A stretch of 64,000 nucleotides of DNA, from positions 180,721 through 244,720 of the forward strand of contig CM119271.1 in the NCBI GenBank assembly GCA_051294375.1, given 5' to 3'. The first letter of the stretch is position 1, and each line of letters starts with the position of its first letter. The notes below the pieces were generated by a model that worked only from the letters and a program-made list of their open reading frames with translations, was not told the origin of the DNA and did no database searches. This document shows positions 49,446 through 61,561 of the stretch, piece after piece. Source of the DNA: Paraspadella gotoi. Lineage: Eukaryota; Animalia; Chaetognatha. The position numbers and the translations under genes are program-made.

Positions 49446-50791
49446 TCCCTGGGCAATCTCGGCTGTCGACTCCTTAGTCTCTCTGTCGGTCATTGGTCGG
49501 TCTTAGGTTGAAATAAGGTTTGTGATTGGTCGGCTTTCCTATGATTCGCGAAGACGACGAGCAATCACATCACAAGGCCGTTGATGTTATGTTGAGGTTA
49601 AAAAAAAATCCAAGATTTACGGTTTTGTGACGAGGGAAAAAAGTCGAAGGTATTATTAGCGACGAAATTGATGAAAGAAGAAAAAATAAAAAGCAATTGT
49701 TACTTTTACTGAGAATGAAAGCGAATAAGGGGGTAGAAAAAATGAAACGAACTGCGTTTCTTTCTCTTTATTTTTAGAAAATCGATCGCCGACCGAATTC
49801 GTACGTCATCCGTTGAGGCCAGTTCCTCCTTTCAATTTCGATTTTTCTAGATTTTTGTTTTTTATTCTGCTTTGTTTTCGGTTTTTGTTTTTTATTTTGT
49901 TTTGTTTTTGGTTTTTAACGAGAAAATGGGATAAAAAAATATGATGGGGATGGATGAAATGGAGGAGCGGATTTGAGAGAAGGGAGGGAAGTGCGATGTT
50001 GGGATGGGAAGGGAGGGAAGTGCGATGTTGGGATGGGAAGGGAGGGAAGTGCGATGTTGTGATGGGAAGGGAGGGAAGTGCGATGTTGTGATGGGAAGGG
50101 AGGGAAGTGCGATGTTGTGATGGGATTAATTAAACATTAGTTTTCGTTTTCAGATTAATCAAGGAAAAAAGTGAAAAAAAAGATGGGGAAAGATGAAAGA
50201 AAGATGGAAGGGAAGAAAGAAAGAGAAATAAAGAAGGGAAGAAAGAAAGAAAAGGAGAAAGAAAGGGAGAAAAAAAGGAAGAAAAAAAAAAAGAACCATA
50301 AAAAGGGATCGAAGAGAAGTAATGAATCGACAGAAAGCAGATGAAGATGAAAAATCTTTNNNNNNNNNNNNNNNNNNNNNNNNNAGGAGAGTGACTCGAG
50401 ATGTTGAGGAGAGTGACTCGAGATCCCTGGGCAATCTCGGCTGTCGACTCCTTAGTCTCTCTGTCGGTCATGGTCGGTCTTAAGGTTGAAATAGGTTTGT
50501 GATTGGTCGGCTTTCCTATGATTCGCGAAGACGACGAGCAATCACATAAGCCATCCTAAGGTCTTTCGTGATGTATGTTGAGGTTAAAAAAAAATCCAAG
50601 ATTACGGTTTTGTGACGAGGGAAAATGAAAGAGTCGAAGGTATTATTAGCGACGAAATTGATGAAAGAAGAAAAAATAAAAAGCGAATTGTTACTTTTAC
50701 TGAGAATGAAAGCGAATAAGGGGTAGAAAAAATGAAACGAACTGCGTTTCTTTCTCTTTATTTTTAGAAAATCGATCGCCGAACCGAATTG

Positions 50792-51520
50792 CATCACGCA
50801 TAAAACGGGGTTAAAAACCGAAAAAGAATAGTTTATCGGTTTACGAGTTGGAATTCGCGAATTAATTATCTTTTCTTCGTTTTTATTAATTTCCTGAACA
50901 AATTTTTTTTCGCATACGGCGAATTCAGAGGATGAAAAGACCTTTCAACTCGTTACTGAAATTCATGGATATGTTCTCACGGTATGGCCGCACGAAATGA
51001 GAACAGTCTTCTGAAAGAATTCTGACAGAATTTAACTGATTTTACTTTTCTTTTTTTGATTTATCTGTCTTTTTACCATAAATTTTAGATTCTCCGAATA
51101 TTCTGATGACTCTGGTTTGACCGCGCCAACTATACTGCAAGATGCTAACTCTTGGTGGCAGCTTCAACACGCGACCTCTCTCTTCTTTTCTCTCTCTCTC
51201 TTCTCTCTCTCTCTCTCTCTCTGATTTTCACCCTACTCATCTGCTTCATCCTCCTCTTATTCTTTCTTTCTTACCATATCAATGACTTGAATTTGAATGA
51301 AAGGTTTAAAGAAATAAACCATTCTCGATATTTTGTATAGATTATTTAATAAAAGCCTTAGTAATAGTAATTAATTCTTTTAAAAAAAATTACAGGAAAA
51401 AAAATATAGAAGAAAAAAGAAATCCTGAAAAAAAAATCTGAAATTTAAAAAACGGTAAAGAGATTTCGAAATCTTTTTGTTTACTCGATTGCGAAAGATT
51501 TACCCGTTTTATGCGTGATG
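50792..51520. mobile_element. MITE with 18-bp perfect TIRs, absent from the duplicate copy
   Basis: catcacgcataaaacggg / cccgttttatgcgtgatg; empty site gaattcgtacg at ~49795-49805. Confidence 0.8.
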
Positions 51521-51696
51521 TCGTACGTCATCCGTGAGGCCAGTTCCTCCTTTCAATTTTGATTTTCAGATTTTGTTTTTTATTCTGCTTTGTTTTCGGT
51601 TTTGTTTTTTATTTTGTTTTGTTTTTGGTTTTTAACGAGAAAATGGGATAAAAAATATGATGGGGGATGGATGAAATGGAGGAGCGGATTTGAGAG

Positions 51697-52153
51697 AAGG
51701 GAGGGAAGTGCGATGTTGGATGGGAAGGGAGGGAAGTGCGATGTTGGATGGGAAGGGAGGGAAGTGCGATGTGTGATGGGAAGGGAGGGAAGTGCGATGT
51801 TGGGATGGGAAGGAGGGAAGTGCGATGTTGGGATGGGAAGGAGGGAAGTGCGATGTTGGGATGGGAAGGGAGGAAGTGCGATGTTGTGTTGGAAGGGAGG
51901 GAAGTGCGATGTTGTGATGGGAAGGGAGGAAGTTGCGATGTTGTGATGGAAGGGAGGGAAGTGCGATGTTGTGATGGAAGGGAGGGAAGTGCGATGTTGT
52001 GATGGGAAGGGAGGGAAGTACGATGTTGTGATGGGAAGGGAGGGAAGTGCGATGTTGTGATGGGAAGGGAGGGAAGTGCGATGTTGTGATGGGGAAGGGA
52101 GGGAAGTGCGATGTTGTGATGGGAAGGGAGGGAAGTGCCGATGTTGTGATGGG
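51697..52153. repeat. ~29-bp G-rich minisatellite gggaagggagggaagtgcgatgttgtgat, ~16 units; ~5 units at 49980-50124
   Basis: Directly visible tandem units. Confidence 0.9.
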
Positions 52154-52869
52154 ATTAATTAAACATTAGTTTTCGTTTTCAGATTAATCAAGGAAAAAAG
52201 TGAAAAAAAAAGATGGGGAAAGATGAAAGAAAGATGGAAGGGAAGAAAGAAAGAGAAATAAAGAAGGGAAGAAAGAAATAAATATGGGAAGAAAGAAATA
52301 AATAAGGGAAGAAATAAATAAATAAGGGAAGAAAGAAAGATAAGGAGAAAGAAAGGGAGAAAAAAAGGGGGGGAAAAAAAAAGAACCATAAAAAGGGATC
52401 GAAGAGAAATAATGAATCGACAGAAAGCAGATGAAGATGAAAAATCTTTAAAGTATAATGATCTCGCCAGACTAAAATTAATGAAAAAATCCAGAAAAAA
52501 ATTAATGATTGATGCGAAAACGAATTATTGATGGAATAGTAATTAATATTGATTTAATAGTAATTGATTGATGCAATAGTAATTGATTATTGATGCAATA
52601 GTGATTGAGTTTTTATATAAAAAATAAGCGTGACGACGACGCCGACGACACAAAGAAGCAATGCAAAACGATTATCTACGCCCAAAACGGGCTTAAGCCT
52701 TAAGGCCGTCTGGCGAGATTTAAAAAAAACGACCGTTAACCGAGAGATGAGAATTATTTGAAATAATATCTATGTTAGTATGTATAATACTACTATTGTA
52801 TATACTTTTTGGAACAGAAAAACGACATGGACAAAGAAACAAGTTACTTTTTAAGCGAGGTCCACCTGC

Positions 52870-52919
<50 letters not shown>

Positions 52920-53134
52920 CTTTGCTTAAAACGACGAAAACGTTTATTGGCTTACGTCAGATCAGCTCCCGCTCGTTAAAAACCGACTTTTTTGTAAAAA
53001 AAAATTTTAAGTTAATAACCATAACTAATAATAAAACGTTAATTTAATCAGCCATAAACGTCGGGGGGGAAACGCGGCATCTGACCAGCCGCCGTCACCG
53101 CCCTTCCCTCTCCCTCCCCCAGGGGGCATCTCAC

Positions 53135-53301
53135 CCTCCGTTAGACGAGAGAGAATTGGAGGTTCGAGTCGCGGTAACGTCGTCGTCGTCAACGTCGTAA
53201 TCTTCGACGAGTGTGACGTCGAGCGTAGCGTCGAGGTTGGCGTCGTCGTGAACGTCATTTCCGGTTAATGAGGACGACGAAGATCCTTTCAAATATCGAC
53301 G
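53135..53301 (-). CDS. MPHOSPH9: MPHOSPH9-like exon (RRYLKGSSSSSLTGND...SLSSNG)
   Basis: ttccCAG acceptor, GTGAGA donor, phase 0-2. Confidence 0.7.
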
Positions 53302-53819
53302 CTGGGAATGGGGGATTTAATGACGAGTAACAGATGCTTTCTTAGAATATTATCTAATGGGATGGCGTTCATCTATCTCATTTGCATATCATATTATATC
53401 ACAGTGACCTGCTATGTCATTATATTGTAAGAGTGATGGAGGCCTTAAACCAAAGCCTGTCCAAAGCCAGGGGCAAGATAGCTTATTTATTAAATGAATG
53501 GATAATTTTTATATTGGTTGTACCAATTTCATAATTATACAAAGTGACATGGGTTTATTTTTATTTTTCATTCATTCATTTATTCTGAGCCACGGCCCAA
53601 CAGACAGAGAATGATCAACTGAGAATGATCAACTGAGAAGTGATGAGTTATAAAAAGTCGATAAAAGTCAAAAAATACAAAAGATTCTCTTCTCAATTCA
53701 CTTTTAAATTTTAATAAATTTTCTTGAAACCAAAATCGAAATGTTTTTCAACTTCACAAATCCATCTGCTCTTAGCCTCTCGGTACACGGGCTCTCTCTC
53801 TCTTCAACCTTCAACTCAC

Positions 53820-53993
53820 CCCTTCACTCTCGCTGTCGGAAAAGCCTGACCCTCCGCCCCTCGACGGTGCCGGGTAGGCATGGTCGTCACCGGATGTGGG
53901 CCGTTCACGTCCGGCGTCGCGGGCGGATCCGGCGAGACGCGCCGCCGCCGCTTGGAGAGACGACGAGTCGGACTGAAGCCACGAGGTCGACAT
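53820..53993 (-). CDS. MPHOSPH9: MPHOSPH9-like exon (MSTSWLQSDSSS...GFSDSESEG)
   Basis: ccctCAG acceptor, GTGAGT donor, phase 0-0. Confidence 0.75.
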
Positions 53994-54069
53994 CTGAGGG
54001 ACGAAAAGATGGAAGGGAACGTAGAATATAGAATAGAATAGAATAGAATAGAATATCCCTCCCCCCAAA

Positions 54070-55000
54070 AAATAAAAGAAATAGCGAAAGAAAGAAATTG
54101 GGAAAAAAAGAAACAGGAAAAGAAAGAAATAGGAAAAGTGTAGTCGGGCATTGCCAAGGTTCACCCTCCCTCAAGCAGCCATCAAACGGGTCCTGGGCTT
54201 GGAACCAGGCTAAAAAAAAATCTGAAAAGAAATAGGAAAAAGAAAGAAATAGGAAAAGAAAGAAATAAGGAAAAGAAAGAAATAGGAAAAGAAAGAAATA
54301 GGAAAAGAAAGAAATAGGAAAAGAGAGAAATAGAAAAAGAAATATAAAAAGAGAAAAATAGGAAAAGAACGAGAGAAATAGGAAAAGAAAGAGAGAAATA
54401 GGAAAAGAAAGAGATAAATAAAAAAAGAAAGAAATAAATAGAAAAAAAAAAGAAATAGGAAAAGTGTAGTCGGGCATTGCCTAGGTTCACCCCCCCTCTA
54501 GCAGCCATGGAACGGGTCCTGGGCTTGGAACCAGGCTAAAAAGAAATCTGAAAAAGAAGAAAATAGAAAAAGAGAAAAATAAGAAAAGAACGAGAGAAAT
54601 AGGAAAAGAAAGTGAGAAATAGGAAAAGAAAGTGAGAAATAGGAAAAGAAATAAATAAATAGGATAAGAAAGAAAGAAATAGGAAAAAAAGAAAAAGAAA
54701 GAAATAGGAAAAGAAAGAAAGAAATAGGTAAAGAAAGAAAGGAATCGGGAAAACAGAGAAAGAAAGGAATCGGGAAAACATAGAGAAAGAAAGGAATCGG
54801 GAAAACATAGAGAAAGAAAGGAATCGGGAAAACAAGAGAGAAGAGAAAGAGAATCGGGAAAACAAGAGAGAGAGAAAGAAAGGAATCGGGAAAACAAGAG
54901 AGAGAAGAGAAGAAAGAAAAAAAAAAAGGGGAAAAAAAGAAAAAGATTAAAGAAAGAAAAAAGAAAGAAAAAAAGAAAAAAAGAAAGAAAGAAAAATTAA
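54070..55000. repeat. Purine-rich tandem arrays (gaaataggaaaa; gaaaggaatcgggaaaaca) with two copies of a ~74-bp GC-rich unit at 54138-54211 and 54464-54537
   Basis: Directly visible; the unit matches the reverse complement of 59121-59172. Confidence 0.85.
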
Positions 55001-55754
55001 AAAATAAAGATCAATCGCACATTTTAATAAAAGTCAAGGTTTCTACGGCACCAATTTTTTTAGGATCGACTAATTTGTCATCTGAGTCTCGGAAACGCGC
55101 CTCGCCGCGAGGGTCGAAAGAACGGGGGGACACTAGGGGGGGGGGAGAGAAGATCCGATCGATCGATCATCACTTGAAGTTGAGGCATAATTTATTCATG
55201 GCCTTAAACCCTTTTCTTGCGTTCCTCCACATTTCAATTTTATTTTCCTTTTACGTTTTTCTACAAATGGCGCCATTTTATTTGAAATTATAATTTTTCA
55301 TTTCTCGTAGTTCCCCTTGATTTTTAAAACAATTCCCACCCGGTCCCGTCGATGAAAAAACTCAAAAAGTCTTCAACAACTTTAATTTTTTAATCAATCG
55401 AGACGAAAACTTAATTCGCAGTTGGACTCTCTTGATTTTACCCCTTCAGCCCCAAGAGGAACTCGGTCGGGGATTAATGATTCGCTGTAGAATCCAGACA
55501 AGAGTATATACCTTTCTTTAATTTAAATAATATGTTATTATCTTGTAAGAGGGACGGAGGCTCTAACCAACCATATGTAGCCCGTCCAGTGTCCAAAGTC
55601 GGCAGGCAAGATAACCTGTTTATCATTTATTTTATATTCGTTGTACTATGTCAACTGTTTCTTATTAGATGTGAACTATGTTGATTGCCGAATCATCCCC
55701 CGGCTAAGACCCCCCAAGAAAGATTCATTCCCCTCCCACAAAAAAAATTATCAC

Positions 55755-55899
55755 GGGAAAGTTGGCGGCGTTTCTCGTAGGCGACGTCTGAGTGGACGGA
55801 TTGAGGCTCCACGAGGTGACGCCCACGTGGGCGGCGTTTCGCTTCCGGTGAGATCGACGTTCGAGCGATTCGGACCCGCGACCTTCCTCCACGACGCTG
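55755..55899 (-). CDS. MPHOSPH9: MPHOSPH9-like exon (SVVEEGRGSESLERRSHRK...NAANFP)
   Basis: CAGCAG tandem acceptor (exon edge 55899 or 55896), GTGATA donor, phase 2-0. Confidence 0.65.
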
Positions 55900-56630
55900 C
55901 TGTGGAGGGAGTAGGGAGTGGGTAGATAAAAGGGGGGGGGTGTTTGGTGGGGATGCAAAGCCGTAGCCTGTCTTAAGTCAGGCCGTGGCAAGATAACTTT
56001 TAATTACTGAATGATTGAATAATAATTTTCTCATACCTAGGGTTGACCCCTGGGAAAGGCAATTTTTTGCAACCCAAGCCAAGGGAATCTGTCAAGTGGC
56101 TCTCCCCTAAACACTAATAAAACTATCCCCCCTGGGGGCAAACCTAAGTATATAGTTTTTGCCCACCCCCAGAGGCAATCCCTACTAGTATGACCCGCCG
56201 GCGTCGCCCCTAGCCACCCGCCATGGGGAAGGCTTTTATTATGACGGTAGGTCGCTGAGAGAAAGCAAAAATTTGGCTCAATAAATAATATAATAAATTA
56301 AATCGACTGAAATAGAAATTAGTTATTTGCTCATTCAAATTTAATACATTGTTATCAATGTGATTAGGATCTCCCCATAGGAAAAATACAGATAAGAGGG
56401 GCTTTATAAGTATAATATTATAAGAATTAAATAATGTTGCAAAATTTCCCAAACTCTCTAATCAATGTATTAATGACAAGAGTGAATATCTAACACTTAA
56501 GACCATGAAATGACATAATTAATTAATTCATGTTCTCTCAACAAAATCACGACAATATGTAAATGAGATTAACGAACGTAATTTCATTTTTCATCTCTCA
56601 TAATTGCAATGACTTTTTCTTATCTCTTAC

Positions 56631-56776
56631 TTGCTACCCCATCCGGGCGAGACGCTCGTCTGCTTCAATCTGTTCTTTTCTCTCTCAAGTCGCCGCAAAT
56701 CCAGTTCGAGGGTCGACGTCTTCGCCGCCGCGTCCGACAGCTGTGACTGGCAGTTGACTAGGCGGGATTCGGAAGC
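56631..56776 (-). CDS. MPHOSPH9: MPHOSPH9-like coiled-coil exon (ASESRLVNCQSQLSDAAAKTSTLELDLRRLEREKNRLK..)
   Basis: CAG acceptor, GTAAGA donor, phase 0-2; heptad pattern. Confidence 0.8.
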
Positions 56777-57457
56777 CTGATCCGGCCAGTAGAGGGAAAA
56801 GAAAAAGTTAATTTGAAGAAGGAAAGAGCTCTTCGTTAGCGAAAGCGAGAGAGAATGAGAGGGGGAAAAAACTCGTGGGACGAGAAAAAGAAAAAATGAT
56901 AGCGTCGAATTTCAAAAAAAGAAAAAAGTATAAAAAAATAACGAAACAGTTACGACGGTTACTCCGTCGCGATAATTCGAGTTAATTGGATGAACCGGAG
57001 TTGATATACGAATCGAGAACAAACCAACGCAGAGAAGGAATACGTTTAAAAACCGCGACAAAGAAAGAGTAAAAGAAAGACAAAGAAGGGGAAAGAAAAA
57101 TAAAGGAAATGCTATAGGATTAAGAAAAGGTGCAAGACCCCAAATAATACTGATCCAAAGCGATAAACCTTTCGGAATTGTCTCGAAATACGACCGTAGT
57201 AATAATTATAATACGACTTTTATAGCATTTACTATTCCAGACAGAAAAAATAAGAAGCCTTAAAGTTTAACTCGAAGAGTATAATTGAAAAATCTACGAT
57301 TCTACATCAGGTACAAAACGCAAAGGATTAAAAAGCCGAGGTTCTTTTTGGAAAGATATTTGGGCCCATTCGTCTTTTCGGCTTTTTGAATGTAATTTCA
57401 AGTCGGGTTAGCGGGTCGACCTTCTGGATTTCGAAAGTGATTTGTTGAAGGAAGGAA

Positions 57458-57543
<86 letters not shown>

Positions 57544-57734
57544 TAAAAAAAAAAAACCGCGATAAGAAATATAAAAGAGAGAGTTAAAGACGGGAGAGAA
57601 CATGGATGAGAGAGAGGAAAAAAGATTTCCGCAAAAAAATTATCGGCGACTCAGTGTTTATTCAGAAAAGTCCTCGGCGCCAGTCTGTTAAATGTCGCGG
57701 GAAATGATATAATAAAAATTCTATTTACACTAAG

Positions 57735-57799
<65 letters not shown>

Positions 57800-58630
57800 C
57801 TCTCCCTGCACGATACGCGATTCGAAAAAGTCAAAAAAAGAACCTTTTTTTCTACGCCGTTAAATTCGTTGGTGAATACAATAGCAAAAAAAATCGCCTC
57901 CTACCAAAAAATAATAATAATAAATAAAGAAAACCAAAGGAAAACAATGGCGTTGGTCTCGTCCGTTTTAAAGTCGATTAAATCTCCCCCCGCTCCCCCC
58001 CAAATCAAATCTCAAAACGCAAGGGATTTATTTGTTAATCTATTCCTTTATCATTGAGTCACTCTATTTCGTTTTTTCAAAAAAGTTTTGAGACTCGAGA
58101 TGAGAGAAAATCGATTATGTATGTAAACGACGGTTTTTCCTACTATTAGTACTAAGATTCGATTATAAAATCCAAGAGACCACCGACGCGAAGAAGACAC
58201 AAAAAATAAAGTTTCTTTTAAAGTTTTTTTCTGAACAATCAGTTTCGTTCACTTCCCTTTCCCGTTTTCTTCCTTCAACAATAGACTTTTCCTTCTTCCT
58301 GTTCCCCCCTTCGTTTCTTTCTTAACCCTTCCATTGATGTTTCTTATAAGCATAATACTTTATTAATTTACGTATTATTAAACATGGCTAAATGTCCCAA
58401 ACTCTCTAATCAATCATCATCAATTGCTATAATACTGACAAGATAGAAGTTACAATTTGAAACCATAGAACGAAACAGGTACTGATTCATGTCAACTCAT
58501 ATACACGACAATATGCAAATGATATTGATGAATTAATTTTCTATTGAATCAAAATCTCTCGTACAATCCACATACCCAGCAGATTATCTCCAACCCGCCC
58601 AATCGCCCAACTTCCCCCTAAACAACAGAC

Positions 58631-58757
58631 CTGCAACGACTTGACGAGCTCATTGTTGGTCTCCGCCAGACTCTGCAGCTCGGCGCGAAGGGTCGAGTTG
58701 TCATCTTGCAGGGACGCGATTTCTTCGGAGAGCTCTTCCACCAGATTCGCTTTTTGA
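58631..58757 (-). CDS. MPHOSPH9: MPHOSPH9-like coiled-coil exon (QKANLVEELSEEIASLQDDNSTLRAELQSL...KSLQ)
   Basis: cttcgCAG acceptor, CAG|GTCTGT donor, phase 2-0. Confidence 0.8.
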
Positions 58758-59027
58758 CTGCGAAGAGGGAGGCGAAGAGGGAGGCAGAGAGGGAGGCGAA
58801 GAGGGAGGCGAAGAGGAAGGCGAAGAGGGAGGCGAAGAGGGAGGCAGAGAGAAATAATTAAAATAATAAAATGTAATAAGATATCTTTTTTTTTGTCGAG
58901 AACCGTAAAAACATCAGCTTCGAATATAAAAAAAAATTAATTTGAGTGAGAGGAAAAAAATGTTAAATAGAAATAAAAATGAGAATTGTCAAAAAAAAAA
59001 CAACAAAAAACAAAAGAGTTTAACATA

Positions 59028-59746
59028 GTGTAGTGCCGGGTAATTCGGAACACTTTTGGAAGTATTCAAATTTTGCACATGGTAAATTTATTTACGCCTT
59101 GGGGGCGTGGAAAACCCCCAAGCCTGGTTCCAAGCCCAGGACCCGTTCCGTGGCTGCTAGAGGGGGTTAACCATATTTAGGTTAAGCATATTTAGGCGTT
59201 AAATTCTATTCCAAACTTTTGTATATTTTTTATTGCTAAAAATTGATTTTTTACTGTAACATTAATAGTATAATATTTTTTCCACCTAATTATTAAACAA
59301 ATGTTGCTAAGTATTATCAATACTTAGTAAATTATTACTACCTCGTTATAAAAAGCATATGAGGTAACAAAGAATACTTACTTTACAGGTGTTCCGTTTT
59401 ACCCCAATTTAATTTAGCTATGTAAAAAATAATTGAATTATTTTTAAGAAATAATCTATTCAATAACTAAAAATTAGTAGTCTTTACTATCATATATTAA
59501 TATTCCATAATCATATTACGTCAAATATGACTGTGACAAAGGCTTGAAAACGACTACTCAAAGAGAAAATTTGACTAACAGCTTTGAAATTGCCGCTGCA
59601 GCTGCTGCAGCAGCAGCAAAATACTTTAATAATGAAAAGTCAAGTTGGTGAAATATTTAATGCACCAAAAACAATTATAAAATATCTTTAAACATTTTTT
59701 AAATTTTATTTTATATGTCAATGTTCCGAATTACCCCGCACTACCC
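59028..59746. mobile_element. TA-flanked MITE (pogo/Tc1-mariner-like)
   Basis: TIR g(t/g)gtagtgc(c/g)gggtaattcggaaca / tgttccgaattaccccgcactaccc, with TA on both sides. Confidence 0.75.
59081..59172 (+). ncRNA. Degenerate twister-ribozyme-like motif
   Basis: GCC, P3 UUGGGGG/CCCCCAA, G, P4 CCUGG-UUCCAAGC-CCAGG, A, then UAGA GGGGG; the cleavage-site UAA and P1 are imperfect. Confidence 0.4.
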
Positions 59747-61561
59747 TAATATATATTACCAAAAAGCCATTAAATCAAAAAAGTATCTTAAAAATCCTAT
59801 TCTCCGCCAAAATAAACGAAGAGAAGTCACTTTGAAAATAAAAATTAAACAAAATTATAGATATCCGGATTTCGGTTTCCGGAACTGTGACTAGTGAAAT
59901 GAGTTGACAGACCGCAGAAAAAGGTAAGTAAAGAAAAAGAATGCCGGCACGCTGTCTTAAAGCAACAAGGTCGTCGATGCAGGCGAAGCCAGGAGATTAA
60001 AAAAACCGGGAAACGAGGAAACGTCACCAATGACGCGTCCCAATGACAGACTCCGCCTCGAACTAAAACAAGGTTAAGCAAACAACGTCGGATCTGCTCA
60101 CGATCATTAGCGGTAATTAATTAAACAATTAATTAGGCAATTAATAAATTATTTAATTTGATCCGAAATGTTTGTTTTTAATCACAAAAGTAACGACGTC
60201 GATGATGGCGACGACGACAATAATGCCGATAATGATTGACTAACTTGATTGATTGATTCATTGATTGATTAAATAATTAATTAATTGATAAATGAATTGA
60301 TTGATTGAATAATTAATTAATAAATTATCAAATTGATTGATTGACTGATTATTGATTAATTAATTGGCTAATTGATTAATAAACTGATTAATTATTTGAT
60401 TAATTAACACATCTTGCATTTACATTTAATACAAAAAGAAAAAGAAGCATAATCAATTAGTGAAACAGGTAAACTCATTTCCACTCAGAACTCAAAACTT
60501 GATTTCCAGCTTAATCACACTTTTCTACCCACATACAAAAATTTTAGTCAATCGCCCCTTCCACTCATGAGTAATTGGCGATCAAATAGCGAAATAGATT
60601 TTTTGATTTTTTCTATTTAAATTCATTTCCACTATGACGATTCCATCGAAACTTGATTTCCAGCTCAATTACCCACTTCTCTACCCACACACAAAATTTA
60701 ATCTCAATTCATCCATCCAGTCACAAGTATTAAAATTTTTTGCTAAGGTGGGACGGACCCTCAGACAGACGGACGGACTGACGGACATTTTTTTGCATAA
60801 TATATCAAAATTCGATGTCTTGAGAGGATAAAAATGATTTACCGATAGACTTTTGTGGTGGGACCGACAAAGTGGATTATAGAGTCGGAATCAAATAATA
60901 ATCAAATAATCAAATAATCAAATAACCTGTTAATCATATTAAATTAAGTATATTAAATTAATTTTAAACCAATATTTCTTTAATTATAAGGCAGCAATAC
61001 ACGGTGGAGCTTGAATTCTTTAATAATTAATTTAACAATTTATTTATCAATATTTCTAATTTCTCTAAAAATGATTCTTCAACGTTAGTTCTTTAATAGC
61101 TTGGTTCTTTTTTCTTTTTATTACAGAGCCACCATTGGATCGAAGATAGAAATCGAATTAACGCGATTAAACGAGAATCATTACCACACCCAAAGAGACA
61201 CACACTCTCTCTCTNNNNNNNNNNCTCTCTCTCTTCTATCATAAACTAAAGAACTTCAAATATTTTCTGTTTCACCTTCAAACGAGTAACCACAACCAAT
61301 CCTTTAGCGATGAGTAACAACAACACGAATTTGTAAAATATTAAATTAAACTAATCCGTATATAATAATGTTTATTAAACATAATAAATAAATAACTTGT
61401 CATCAGCATCTAGTCAATTCTATGCACCATATTCCATACTAATCCTTCCTCTCTCCTCATTTGAAAACAAGTTAACATTTATCTTTCAATAAATCAAATC
61501 CTATTAGGCAACAACAACCTCCTCACCACCCCCTCCCCCCATCTTCTCCTCTAAAACTCAC

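Larger units (their letters stand above)
50385..52449. repeat. Second copy of ~49410-50359 across a 25-N gap, with an extra MITE and a longer minisatellite; probable uncollapsed haplotype
   Basis: Collinear sequence on both sides of gap 50360-50384. Confidence 0.8.

Noticed and set aside
49440-49500. MTDRETKESTAEIAQGSR as a possible exon
   Set aside because: Runs into a minisatellite, has no good donor and is not needed for phase
49294-52153. CRISPR-like appearance of the 22-bp and 29-bp repeats
   Set aside because: Head-to-tail units with no unique spacers, in a eukaryotic intron, with no cas genes
53905-54897. Hydrophobic Phe/Leu-rich ORFs resembling membrane proteins
   Set aside because: Translations of GA-rich tandem repeats
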